Positions 9,279 through 16,754 of a stretch of DNA of 64,000 nucleotides are shown piece by piece (the first letter of the stretch is position 1; each line of letters starts with the position of its first letter). Origin of the DNA: an uncultured Clostridia bacterium (GTDB lineage Bacteria; Bacillota; Clostridia; Christensenellales; CAG-917); contig CASECZ010000002.1 of assembly GCA_949286725.1 (NCBI GenBank), positions 420,632 through 484,631 of the forward strand. The letters run 5' to 3'. The notes beneath the pieces were generated by a model. That model saw nothing but the letters and a program-made list of their open reading frames with translations, was not told where the DNA came from and searched no databases. The position numbers and the translations under genes are program-made.

Positions 9279-9760
9279 TGAAAGTATTGTTCGTTTGTTC
9301 AAGCAACGTGTGCCGCAGTCCGTATGCGGAGTACGTCTTTCGCCGTATGGTGAAAGAGAGCCCCGTGTTGTCCGCGGCGGGGATAGAGGTTTCGTCCTCC
9401 GCCGTGTTCAACAAGAGCAGGGAGATATTTCCGCGCGCGCTGATAAGCCTGGAAAAGGAAGGGTTTTCGCGCGAAGAGATACTCGCGCACAAGCCCTCTT
9501 TCAAGTGGTGCGACAAGGAGCGCTTCCGCGACGCCGACGTCATCATCGGAATGTCCAAATTGCATAAGTTGCTTACGCCTTGCAAGTACCGCAAGAAGTT
9601 CGTCACTCTGTCGGAGGCCGCCGAAGGGAAATATACGCCTTTGCCCGACCCCTTCCTCTACAAAACGCAGGAGGAGTACGACAAGGTTATGGCGCAGATT
9701 AAATTTTACGTGGGGGAGTACGTCAAAAAGCTCGAAGAGCGGTTTGCGACGCGCGGCTGA
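9278..9760 (+). CDS. low-molecular-weight protein-tyrosine phosphatase / arsenate-reductase-like
   Basis: CX5R(S) P-loop VCSSNVCRS near the N-terminus. The start overlaps the upstream stop (TGATG). Confidence 0.8.
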   Translation: MKVLFVCSSNVCRSPYAEYVFRRMVKESPVLSAAGIEVSSSAVFNKSREIFPRALISLEKEGFSREEILAHKPSFKWCDKERFRDADVIIGMSKLHKLLTPCKYRKKFVTLSEAAEGKYTPLPDPFLYKTQEEYDKVMAQIKFYVGEYVKKLEERFATRG

Positions 9761-9798
9761 CGTTCCGCGCCGAAACCGAGAAAAAACGGATAAAATAT

Positions 9799-9826
9799 AA
9801 GCCGCGCAAAAGCGCGGCTTTATTTT
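9799..9826. terminator. bidirectional rho-independent terminator
   Basis: AAGCCGCGC-AAAA-GCGCGGCTT hairpin flanked by A-rich and T-rich tracts on both sides. Confidence 0.7.
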
Positions 9827-9887
9827 CGTGTTTTGGTGGGAAAAACGTCAATTCGGGCGTTTTTCTTTTCTGCAATGCGGCGCAGAG

Positions 9888-9974
9888 TTACTTGCGCGTC
9901 GCCCAGAAGAGGGCTTGGCTTATGCGACTTGCCGCGGTTTGCTGTTTGCTACGGATTTTGACGTTGGCTTTCAT
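9888..9974 (-). CDS. candidate 28-aa basic small protein (MKANVKIRSKQQTAASRISQALFWATRK)
   Basis: ATG at 9974-9972 is preceded by AAGGAGG (reverse complement of 9981-9987) at 6-nt spacing. TAA at 9890-9888. It is divergent from the AraC gene. No family was recognised. Confidence 0.35.
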   Translation of the reverse strand: MKANVKIRSKQQTAASRISQALFWATRK

Positions 9975-10119
9975 AAAGCACCTCCTTGAAATTTCTTGTT
10001 GATTTATTTTCGACTGTATTGTATTATCAAAAGATGATAAAAGCATTAAAATTTTGATTGCGGGCTTCTCAATTATTGCCATATTAAAACGTATTATGCA
10101 GCCCGCAGGGGGGGGGATT

Positions 10120-10893
10120 ATGCTTGCCGAATACGAACTCAACCGCGAACGCGACGAAAACGTCTTCGTACTCTCCGAGGCGGACGGTGTGTGCCCGATG
10201 CATTTCCACAGGAAAATCGAGGTGATGTACGTGCTCGAAGGCAACAAGAAAATCGTTGCCGCAGGCAAGGAAATCACGCTCGGTGCCGACAACGTCTTTT
10301 TCGCCAACAGTTACGAGATGCACTCCTATGCCGATTGCCCCGACAGCAAACAGATAATCATCGTCTTCCCAAACCGTATGCTGGGGGCGTTTTACGACGA
10401 GTTCGGCGACAAACTGCCGCTCGGAAACGTCATCGACGACACGGAGTTTTGCCGCGGCATTCTGCCTTACTTCCGCGCCTTCTGCGAGGAAAAGGACAGC
10501 AAATTGATTGCCCAGGGCTATTGCGACCTTCTGCTCGGCAGCGTCATGAAAAAAATCGGCGTGAGAGAGGGCACGAAGGACAGACAGAATTTCGTCGATT
10601 CGCTGCTGGCGTACATAAACGAGAACTACGCCGAGGACATCACCCTGGAGAGTATGGCGGAGCATTTCGGGTACAGCAAGTATTATTTCTCGCGTATGTT
10701 CAACGACGCGTTGGGGACTTCGCTTACGGACTACGTATCCGCCGTCCGTCTCATGCATGCGCTGGACATAATGCGGCGCACGGGTTGCACCGTGTCCGAG
10801 GCGGCGTTGGAAAGCGGATTCTCGAGTCTGCCTACTTTTTATCGCGTACTGAAAAAAAACTACGACTACAAGTCGGTCAAGGAACTGCTGTGA
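10120..10893 (+). CDS. AraC-family transcriptional regulator (cupin plus HTH)
   Basis: The C-terminus is a typical AraC double HTH (..YSKYYFSRMFNDALG..LPTFYRVLKK). A G-rich RBS precedes the ATG at 10120. Confidence 0.85.
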   Translation: MLAEYELNRERDENVFVLSEADGVCPMHFHRKIEVMYVLEGNKKIVAAGKEITLGADNVFFANSYEMHSYADCPDSKQIIIVFPNRMLGAFYDEFGDKLPLGNVIDDTEFCRGILPYFRAFCEEKDSKLIAQGYCDLLLGSVMKKIGVREGTKDRQNFVDSLLAYINENYAEDITLESMAEHFGYSKYYFSRMFNDALGTSLTDYVSAVRLMHALDIMRRTGCTVSEAALESGFSSLPTFYRVLKKNYDYKSVKELL

Positions 10894-11006
10894 ACGCTTT
10901 TTCCTGCGCGCCGCACTTGCGGCGCGTTTTTCGTATCCGAAATTTACGCTTGACAAACCGCGCGCGTTCGGAGTAAAACATTTGAGATAAACGAGAAGAG
11001 GCACTT

Positions 11007-11807
11007 ATGGTAATCGACTTTCACACTCACATTTTCACCGACGCTCTGGCACCCAAGGCCAGGGAAGTTCTCATCAAAAACGCAGGGAATGCGTATACCC
11101 ATTGCACGGATATGACAAAGGGCGGGTTGCTCGCTTATATGGACGCGCACGGCATCGACAAGTCCGTCGTGTTGCCCATCGTCACGAAACAGCACCAGAC
11201 CGTCACCATCAACGAATGGGCGCGTTCGATATGCGACGACAGAATCACGGCTTTCGGTAGTATCTTTCCCCATACCGACGACTATAAACGCGACATCGAC
11301 CTCGTGTGCTCCCTCGGGCTGAAAGGCATCAAACTGCACCCCGAATATCAATATTTCGACGTCGACGACGAACATATGATGCCGATTTACGAATACGCGC
11401 TGAAAAAAGGGCTGATGATTGTCTGGCACGCGGGTTACGACCCCATAGGCACGCCTCCGTACAGGAGCAACCCGGCAATGTTCGCTTACGTTGCGGACAG
11501 AATGCAGGGCGGCGTGATGATTGCGGCGCATCTCGGCGGACAGTCGCAGTGGGAGGACGTTTTGCGCAATCTCGTCGGCAAGAACATATATCTCGACACG
11601 TCAATGGCGTCCAAATTCTGCCCGCGCGAGCTTTTCGAACAAATTGTCAAAGCGCACGGCGCCGACAATGTGCTGTTTGCCTCCGACTCCCCGTGGAGCG
11701 AGGCTGGCGTGGAAGTCGAAAGACTGAAAAGCTACGACTTCACCGACGAGGAAAAAGAGATGATTTTCCACGGCAATGCGGAGAGATTGCTCGGTCTTGC
11801 GGAATAA
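11007..11807 (+). CDS. metal-dependent amidohydrolase (TIM-barrel, Amidohydro_2-like)
   Basis: N-terminal VIDFHTHIF metal-binding motif. 266 aa. Confidence 0.8.
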   Translation: MVIDFHTHIFTDALAPKAREVLIKNAGNAYTHCTDMTKGGLLAYMDAHGIDKSVVLPIVTKQHQTVTINEWARSICDDRITAFGSIFPHTDDYKRDIDLVCSLGLKGIKLHPEYQYFDVDDEHMMPIYEYALKKGLMIVWHAGYDPIGTPPYRSNPAMFAYVADRMQGGVMIAAHLGGQSQWEDVLRNLVGKNIYLDTSMASKFCPRELFEQIVKAHGADNVLFASDSPWSEAGVEVERLKSYDFTDEEKEMIFHGNAERLLGLAE

Positions 11808-11835
11808 AAACGCGGTGCAGGGCAATAAATCGGGT

Positions 11836-12144
11836 ATGAGCTTTTACGACAAGGTTTACGAACAGGTCAGAAAAATCCCCGCCGGCAAGGTTGCAACCTA
11901 TGGACAGATAGCGGCGATGTGCGGCTCGCCCAAAGCGTCCAGAGCGGTGGGGTATGCCTTGCATTTCAATCCCATGCCCGGCGTCATTCCCTGCCACAGG
12001 ATAGTCAACCGCTTCGGCGGACTTGCGCCCGCGTTCGCGTTCGGGGGCATAGAAGTGCAGGCTGAACTGCTGCGTGCGGAAGGCGTGGAAGTCGGCGCGG
12101 ACCACTCCGTCGACCTCGATAAATACCGCTATCGCGGCAATTAG
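11836..12144 (+). CDS. MGMT-family protein (O6-alkylguanine-DNA alkyltransferase DNA-binding/active-site domain only)
   Basis: IPCHRIV active-site motif and KVATYGQIA helix. Only 102 aa, so this is the single C-terminal domain. Confidence 0.8.
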   Translation: MSFYDKVYEQVRKIPAGKVATYGQIAAMCGSPKASRAVGYALHFNPMPGVIPCHRIVNRFGGLAPAFAFGGIEVQAELLRAEGVEVGADHSVDLDKYRYRGN

Positions 12145-12208
12145 CGTCACACCTCGCCCCATATGGGCAATAACATACATTTTTGTCGATTTGTGCGTAA
12201 AACCGCTC

Positions 12209-12236
12209 TTGAAATCCGCGCAACAAGGTGTATAAT
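12209..12236 (+). promoter_or_regulatory. sigma-70/SigA-type promoter (TTGAAA - 16 nt - TATAAT, TG immediately upstream of the -10)
   Basis: TTGAAA at 12209-12214 and TATAAT at 12231-12236. Confidence 0.55.
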
Positions 12237-12242
12237 GTAGGC

Positions 12243-12421
12243 GTAAAGTCCCGAGGAACAGTTGCGCCGAAAAGCAACAACGGTTTCCGCAAGGCGGGTC
12301 ATTTGCGCCGAGGTCGAGTATATTTCACGGAGAGGGAACAATAACCGACAGACGCAAATGGCACTTGAAATTCGTCGCGGCAACGCGTGGAACTCCCGCT
12401 TACAGGCGGGAGTTTTCGTTT
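12243..12421 (+). ncRNA. candidate orphan small RNA (class not identified)
   Basis: It lies between the promoter above and a terminator: AACTCCCGC-TTACAG-GCGGGAGTT plus a T-rich tail at 12391-12421. There is no credible ORF or RBS and no downstream same-strand gene. Internal stems include ATTTGCG (12301-07) paired with CGCAAAT (12352-58). Confidence 0.35.
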
Positions 12422-12427
12422 GCACGC

Positions 12428-12459
12428 AACCCGAGCCGAACGGAACCCGAGCCGAACGG
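12428..12459. repeat. perfect 16-nt tandem duplication (AACCCGAGCCGAACGG x2)
   Basis: Read directly: 12428-12443 equals 12444-12459. Confidence 0.95.
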
Positions 12460-12479
12460 AACGCAAACCCGACCTTATG

Positions 12480-12511
12480 AAAAAGACGCCCCGAAAAGGG
12501 CGTCTTTTTTT
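12480..12511. terminator. bidirectional rho-independent terminator (serves the minus-strand lipoprotein operon)
   Basis: AAAAA-GACGCCC-CGAAAA-GGGCGTC-TTTTTTT. Confidence 0.8.
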
Positions 12512-12529
12512 ATCGTCGATTTGTGACGT

Positions 12530-13330
12530 TTATTTCTTGACGGGATACTTGCGGTTCCATTCGAAGATATCGGTGGGGTAGGTGTCGGTGTCGTCGAGAG
12601 GATTGTCGAAGGTGTAGCCCATCGTCGTCGTGTTGGTGTAACCGTTCTCGGAATAGGTTATGCCCGTGAGTTTGCCGTTTTCTGCCGTGACCGTCATCGT
12701 GCCGCGGGTGGGCGTGCCTTCGAGTGCGCCGTCATCGTATTTGAAGGAGTACTCGGTCTTGTAGACGGTGTCGCCCTTCTTGTAGTCCTTGCAGGCCACT
12801 TCGGAGAAGGTGTAGTTGTCGATGTTGCCGAGTTTGGTGATGGCTTCGTTGACTTTGCTCTGCTCTTTGAGCGCGTTTATACCGATGAATTGGTCTTTGT
12901 TTACTGCCGAGGTGCAGCCGAGACTCGCGGTGTAGGTTTCGCTGTTGTCGGCGAACGTCAGGCAACCGTAGAATTCCTCGTTGGAATTGAATTTGATATA
13001 GCGCGTCACTTCGCCGTCGGCGGTGGTCACATTATAGTCCCAGAAGAAATCGCGTTTGGAACTGGTCGAGGTCGTGGTGTTGACGACGTACGCTTTGCCT
13101 TCGTATATCTCGTTGCCGCCTTCCGCGGGAGATACCGTGCGGACGGTGTTGACATAACTTTGCGTGTTGTTGCTGAAATCGCCCTGCAAAGTCGAAAGGA
13201 CGGTTTTCAGTTCGGTTTCGGAAAGGGAGTATTCTTCCACGGTTTCCTTGTTTTTGTTGCAGGCGGTCAGTGCGAATGCGAAACACACGACGAGCAAGCA
13301 TACAGCCAGTACGGATACGAATTTTTTCAT
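12530..13330 (-). CDS. hypothetical lipoprotein
   Basis: Signal peptide with a lipobox (..FALTAC|NKN). 266 aa, Thr/Tyr-rich. No family recognised. Confidence 0.75.
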   Translation of the reverse strand: MKKFVSVLAVCLLVVCFAFALTACNKNKETVEEYSLSETELKTVLSTLQGDFSNNTQSYVNTVRTVSPAEGGNEIYEGKAYVVNTTTSTSSKRDFFWDYNVTTADGEVTRYIKFNSNEEFYGCLTFADNSETYTASLGCTSAVNKDQFIGINALKEQSKVNEAITKLGNIDNYTFSEVACKDYKKGDTVYKTEYSFKYDDGALEGTPTRGTMTVTAENGKLTGITYSENGYTNTTTMGYTFDNPLDDTDTYPTDIFEWNRKYPVKK

Positions 13331-13348
13331 ATTACTCCTTGCGAAGGC

Positions 13349-14584
13349 TCACTCGGGTGCGCCTTCTCTGTCGAATATTTCCGCCGCTTCGATTGCAATA
13401 TCGACGCCGAGAGAGAAAGTCTTGCGGTCCATATTGTCAGCGGTGTCTTTTACGTTGTGATAGTAGTCGGCGGGCGTGGGATCCATACCCGCGAGGCAGG
13501 TCGCGCGCAGTCCGCTCTTGGTGATTGCGGCGGCGTCCGACGCTCCGAAAAAAACGGAGAAGTGTTTGAGGGGTCTGCCGCAAGCCGCTGAGGCTTTGTC
13601 CAGCAGTTTGACCGCGCCCGCGTCGTGGGCTATCGTGCCGGTCAGGTCGCGGTTGTAGATGTTGAGATAATCCCAGTCGCGCAGGGTTTCGAGCCCGATG
13701 AACACGGTCTCGACGTCGCTAGACAGAATTTCGTCACGGTGTTTCTTCGCCCACGCGAACGCACCGCGCAGCCCCGCTTCCTCCGAGCCTGTGAGCACGA
13801 GGTCGACCTCGGTGTGCTCGAAGCGTATGCCGCTCTCTTTCAGGCATTTCAGCACCGCAACCGAAGCGAGTACGCCCGTCAGGTTGTCGTTTGCGCCCGG
13901 GACGACCACTTTGAAGTTGCAGAAGAAAAAGAGCAGAATGTAGAAGGGAATGAACAGCGACGTCACGAGCAGGCTCCACCAGCTCATCTCGCCGCGCACG
14001 ATGTTGAGGATGCAGAGCGCGACGGACGCGAGCACTCCGACCACGCAGAATACGATCGTCACGATCATGAATGCGGGCTTGATTTTCATCAGCGTCCATT
14101 CGTATGCCGAGTCGCAGTGCCCCGAGAACACGATTCTGCGACGGGTTTCGCCCGAACTCTTATATTTTGCGTAGACGTTGCCCGACGTGGTCTTCGGAAG
14201 CAACGGGTCGATGAAAGGTTTGTAGAGCAGAAACTCCATTATCGTGATGAGCAACGATATCGCCGCAAGTACGACAGTCACGATGTGGCAGGCGAGTGCC
14301 GCCTCGGCGACGAGCAGTGCGACGAACTGCATCGCGGCTGCAATGACGAGCAGCACGGACACGATTTTGGTGAATCCGACCAGCCCGTGGCGGGACACCG
14401 TGAAGTCCTCGATTTCGGCTTCGTCCGCCCATTGATTGTCGAGGAGCTGGCTTTTCAGCCATTCCTGTGCCTTTCTTTCGTTGGGCATGCCGGACTCTCT
14501 CGGACCTATCTCTTCGCAGATGTACTTGATGGCACCGAGGCTGTAATCGACAGCGTCGTCCCTTATTTTCTGTGATACGCGCAT
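13349..14584 (-). CDS. M28-family metallopeptidase with membrane-spanning insert
   Basis: GANDNLTGV and GSEEAGLRGA motifs typical of M28 aminopeptidases, plus several TM helices. The start was chosen at MRVSQK (ATG at 14584). Confidence 0.75.
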   Translation of the reverse strand: MRVSQKIRDDAVDYSLGAIKYICEEIGPRESGMPNERKAQEWLKSQLLDNQWADEAEIEDFTVSRHGLVGFTKIVSVLLVIAAAMQFVALLVAEAALACHIVTVVLAAISLLITIMEFLLYKPFIDPLLPKTTSGNVYAKYKSSGETRRRIVFSGHCDSAYEWTLMKIKPAFMIVTIVFCVVGVLASVALCILNIVRGEMSWWSLLVTSLFIPFYILLFFFCNFKVVVPGANDNLTGVLASVAVLKCLKESGIRFEHTEVDLVLTGSEEAGLRGAFAWAKKHRDEILSSDVETVFIGLETLRDWDYLNIYNRDLTGTIAHDAGAVKLLDKASAACGRPLKHFSVFFGASDAAAITKSGLRATCLAGMDPTPADYYHNVKDTADNMDRKTFSLGVDIAIEAAEIFDREGAPE

Positions 14585-14657
14585 TTGCCGCTCCCGTTGC
14601 GCACGTTCGTGCGTTGTTACAATCAATATATCACAGGAAAAGAAATATTACAACACT

Positions 14658-14677
14658 TTACCGTCGGTTACCGTCGG
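14658..14677. repeat. perfect 10-nt tandem duplication (TTACCGTCGG x2)
   Basis: Read directly in the intergenic region between the M28 peptidase and TetR genes. Confidence 0.95.
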
Positions 14678-14873
14678 TTGATGGGTTGAAAGGGCGGGGT
14701 GCGGTCGCCGCGGTCGGAAAATGACGTGCACGGAAAGTATGCCGATAAACCACACAATGCGCGGATTACGCAGAAAAGTATGTCGGAGATACATTAAATA
14801 TACTCGTGTATGATATGTTGACAAAGGGTGCCATCTGTGACATAATTATACCAAACCGAGGAGGAACTCCGTT

Positions 14874-15443
14874 ATGGAATACAAGGAAGACCTGCGCATC
14901 GTGCGCACGAGAAAACTGCTCAGTTCGACGTTGCTTGATATGATGCAGGAGTGCTCCATAGAAAAAATAAGCGTCATCGACCTGTGCAACCGCGCAATGG
15001 TCAACCGCGCCACGTTTTACGCGCATTTCGAAGATAAGTATCATTTGCTGTCATTTGCGCTCGAAGAACTCAAAGACGGCATATATGCCAATTTCACGCG
15101 CGAAGTGCCCGCCACGACTCCCAAGGAGATGTTGCGACAACTCATTATGATGGCGGTGGAGTATCTTTCGGACAAACACAACCATATTGCGCAGGTGGTG
15201 AAATACAACCGCAACGAAAAAGTGGTGCAGACGCTGACCGACTCGCTCGCGCAGTCCGTGAAATATCAGCTGAGCAAGTTTCGTAATACGCGTCCCACAA
15301 TCGTGCCTTCGCAGATGACGGCGGTGTGTTACGCGGGCGCTTTGGTCAATCTTTTGTTGCTGCTCATCGACAATCCTTCAATGCTTGCCGATCCGCAACT
15401 TAACGACCAACTCAACGCGCTGGTGGACGAAAACCTGCGCTGA
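14874..15443 (+). CDS. TetR/AcrR-family transcriptional regulator
   Basis: N-terminal HTH (..IEKISVIDLCNRAMVNRATFYAHFEDK..). GAGGAGG RBS. Confidence 0.85.
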   Translation: MEYKEDLRIVRTRKLLSSTLLDMMQECSIEKISVIDLCNRAMVNRATFYAHFEDKYHLLSFALEELKDGIYANFTREVPATTPKEMLRQLIMMAVEYLSDKHNHIAQVVKYNRNEKVVQTLTDSLAQSVKYQLSKFRNTRPTIVPSQMTAVCYAGALVNLLLLLIDNPSMLADPQLNDQLNALVDENLR

Positions 15444-15461
15444 CGCAGACGCAAAACAAAC

Positions 15462-15488
15462 AAAAAACGGCGGAAACGCCGTTTTTTT
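15462..15488. terminator. bidirectional rho-independent terminator
   Basis: AAAAAACGGCG-GAAA-CGCCGTTTTTTT between convergent genes. Confidence 0.8.
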
Positions 15489-15552
15489 GTACCTTTTTCC
15501 GAATCGTTCTTAGGACATATGCCGAGGTCGAACGGTGCGAGGACGTCGTTCG

Positions 15553-16599
15553 TCACACGCCCACGACGAGCAAAGCTATGTAGGCGACGTATCCCGCAAG
15601 CATAACCGCACCTTGCCAACGGTGGAACCTGCCCGTGACGAGAGAAGGAATGAGAGCAAACGCCGCCACTGCCAGACAGAAAGGCATATCCAGCGTCAGC
15701 GTTTGTCCTCCGACGGGCAGAGAGCCGCCCGAAATCATAGAACAAAGCGGCAGAATGAGAGCGATGTCTATTACGTTTGCACCTATTATGTTGCCCACCG
15801 AAAGTTCGGATTTCTTTTTGGCTATTGCGGTTATCGTGGTGACAAGTTCGGGCAATGAAGTGCCCACGGCTATTATCGTGACGCCGATAATGCTGGAAGG
15901 AACGCCGAGCATAAGGGCGAGTTTTTCGCCGTATTCGACAAGCAGAAAGGCGCCGCCGACTATACCGCCCGCTCCGAGCAGGAACATAGGAATGTATTTG
16001 GCGAGCTCTTTGGGTTCGACGCGTGCGCGTCTGCGCTTGCGGGTGACTGTGCCGTCGGGGTTGACGTTGACGTCGGGGTTGTCGTGCACACAGTTATATT
16101 CGTCCACAATAATCGCGTCCGCAAGCGTAAGCGACCTGTCGTTGTGCTTTTTCGCGCTTATCAGGTTTTCCACTATGAAGAGTACGAACACGGCAAGCAC
16201 GATGAAGGAGTAGCCGAGGTCGAGCGAGCCGCCCGAGGAAAGACCCCACAGCAAGGTTATCGCGGCAAGCAGCATTATGTCCTTGGCAAGGTAGTCCTTG
16301 CGGTTGATTTTCGCGGGGATGAAGAGCAGGCTGATTGACATTATGAGCCCGATGTTCGCGTTGACGGAGCCTATGGCGTTGCCGATTGCCATGCCCACGT
16401 CGTTCTGCGCCGCGGCGATGGACGACACGAGAATCTCGGGCAGAGTGGTGGCGAGAGAAACTATCGTTGCGCCTATTATGAAAGAGGGAATGCCCGATAC
16501 GGACGCAATCCAGCTTGCGGCGTCCACGAACCAGTCTCCGCCCTTGATGATGAGAAAGAGCCCGATGGCAAGCAGTAGTATCGTTATAAACCATTCCAT
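15553..16599 (-). CDS. Ca2+/Na+ antiporter (CaCA / YrbG family)
   Basis: Two alpha-repeat regions (GNAIGSVNANIGL.. and GNIIGANVIDIAL..). About 10 TM helices. Confidence 0.85.
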   Translation of the reverse strand: MEWFITILLLAIGLFLIIKGGDWFVDAASWIASVSGIPSFIIGATIVSLATTLPEILVSSIAAAQNDVGMAIGNAIGSVNANIGLIMSISLLFIPAKINRKDYLAKDIMLLAAITLLWGLSSGGSLDLGYSFIVLAVFVLFIVENLISAKKHNDRSLTLADAIIVDEYNCVHDNPDVNVNPDGTVTRKRRRARVEPKELAKYIPMFLLGAGGIVGGAFLLVEYGEKLALMLGVPSSIIGVTIIAVGTSLPELVTTITAIAKKKSELSVGNIIGANVIDIALILPLCSMISGGSLPVGGQTLTLDMPFCLAVAAFALIPSLVTGRFHRWQGAVMLAGYVAYIALLVVGV

Positions 16600-16754
16600 A
16601 CGAAAAAAACTATCATCATTGCGACCCGCTGTCAACGGTTGAGGGACAAAAAGGAACAATAAAGTTTCCCGCGGCTAACGAACGCGGCTGCGGGAATGAA
16701 TGTGCGCGCTTGACTTGCTCCCGCGGCGTTTGTATAATCGTTGAAGAGGTGCTT

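Noticed and set aside
12358-12480. 40-codon ORF (MALEIRRGNAWNSRLQ..) inside the candidate sRNA.
   Set aside because: The nearest purine tract is 21 nt from the ATG. The ORF reads straight through the terminator hairpin and the 16-nt tandem repeat. It has no protein-like features.
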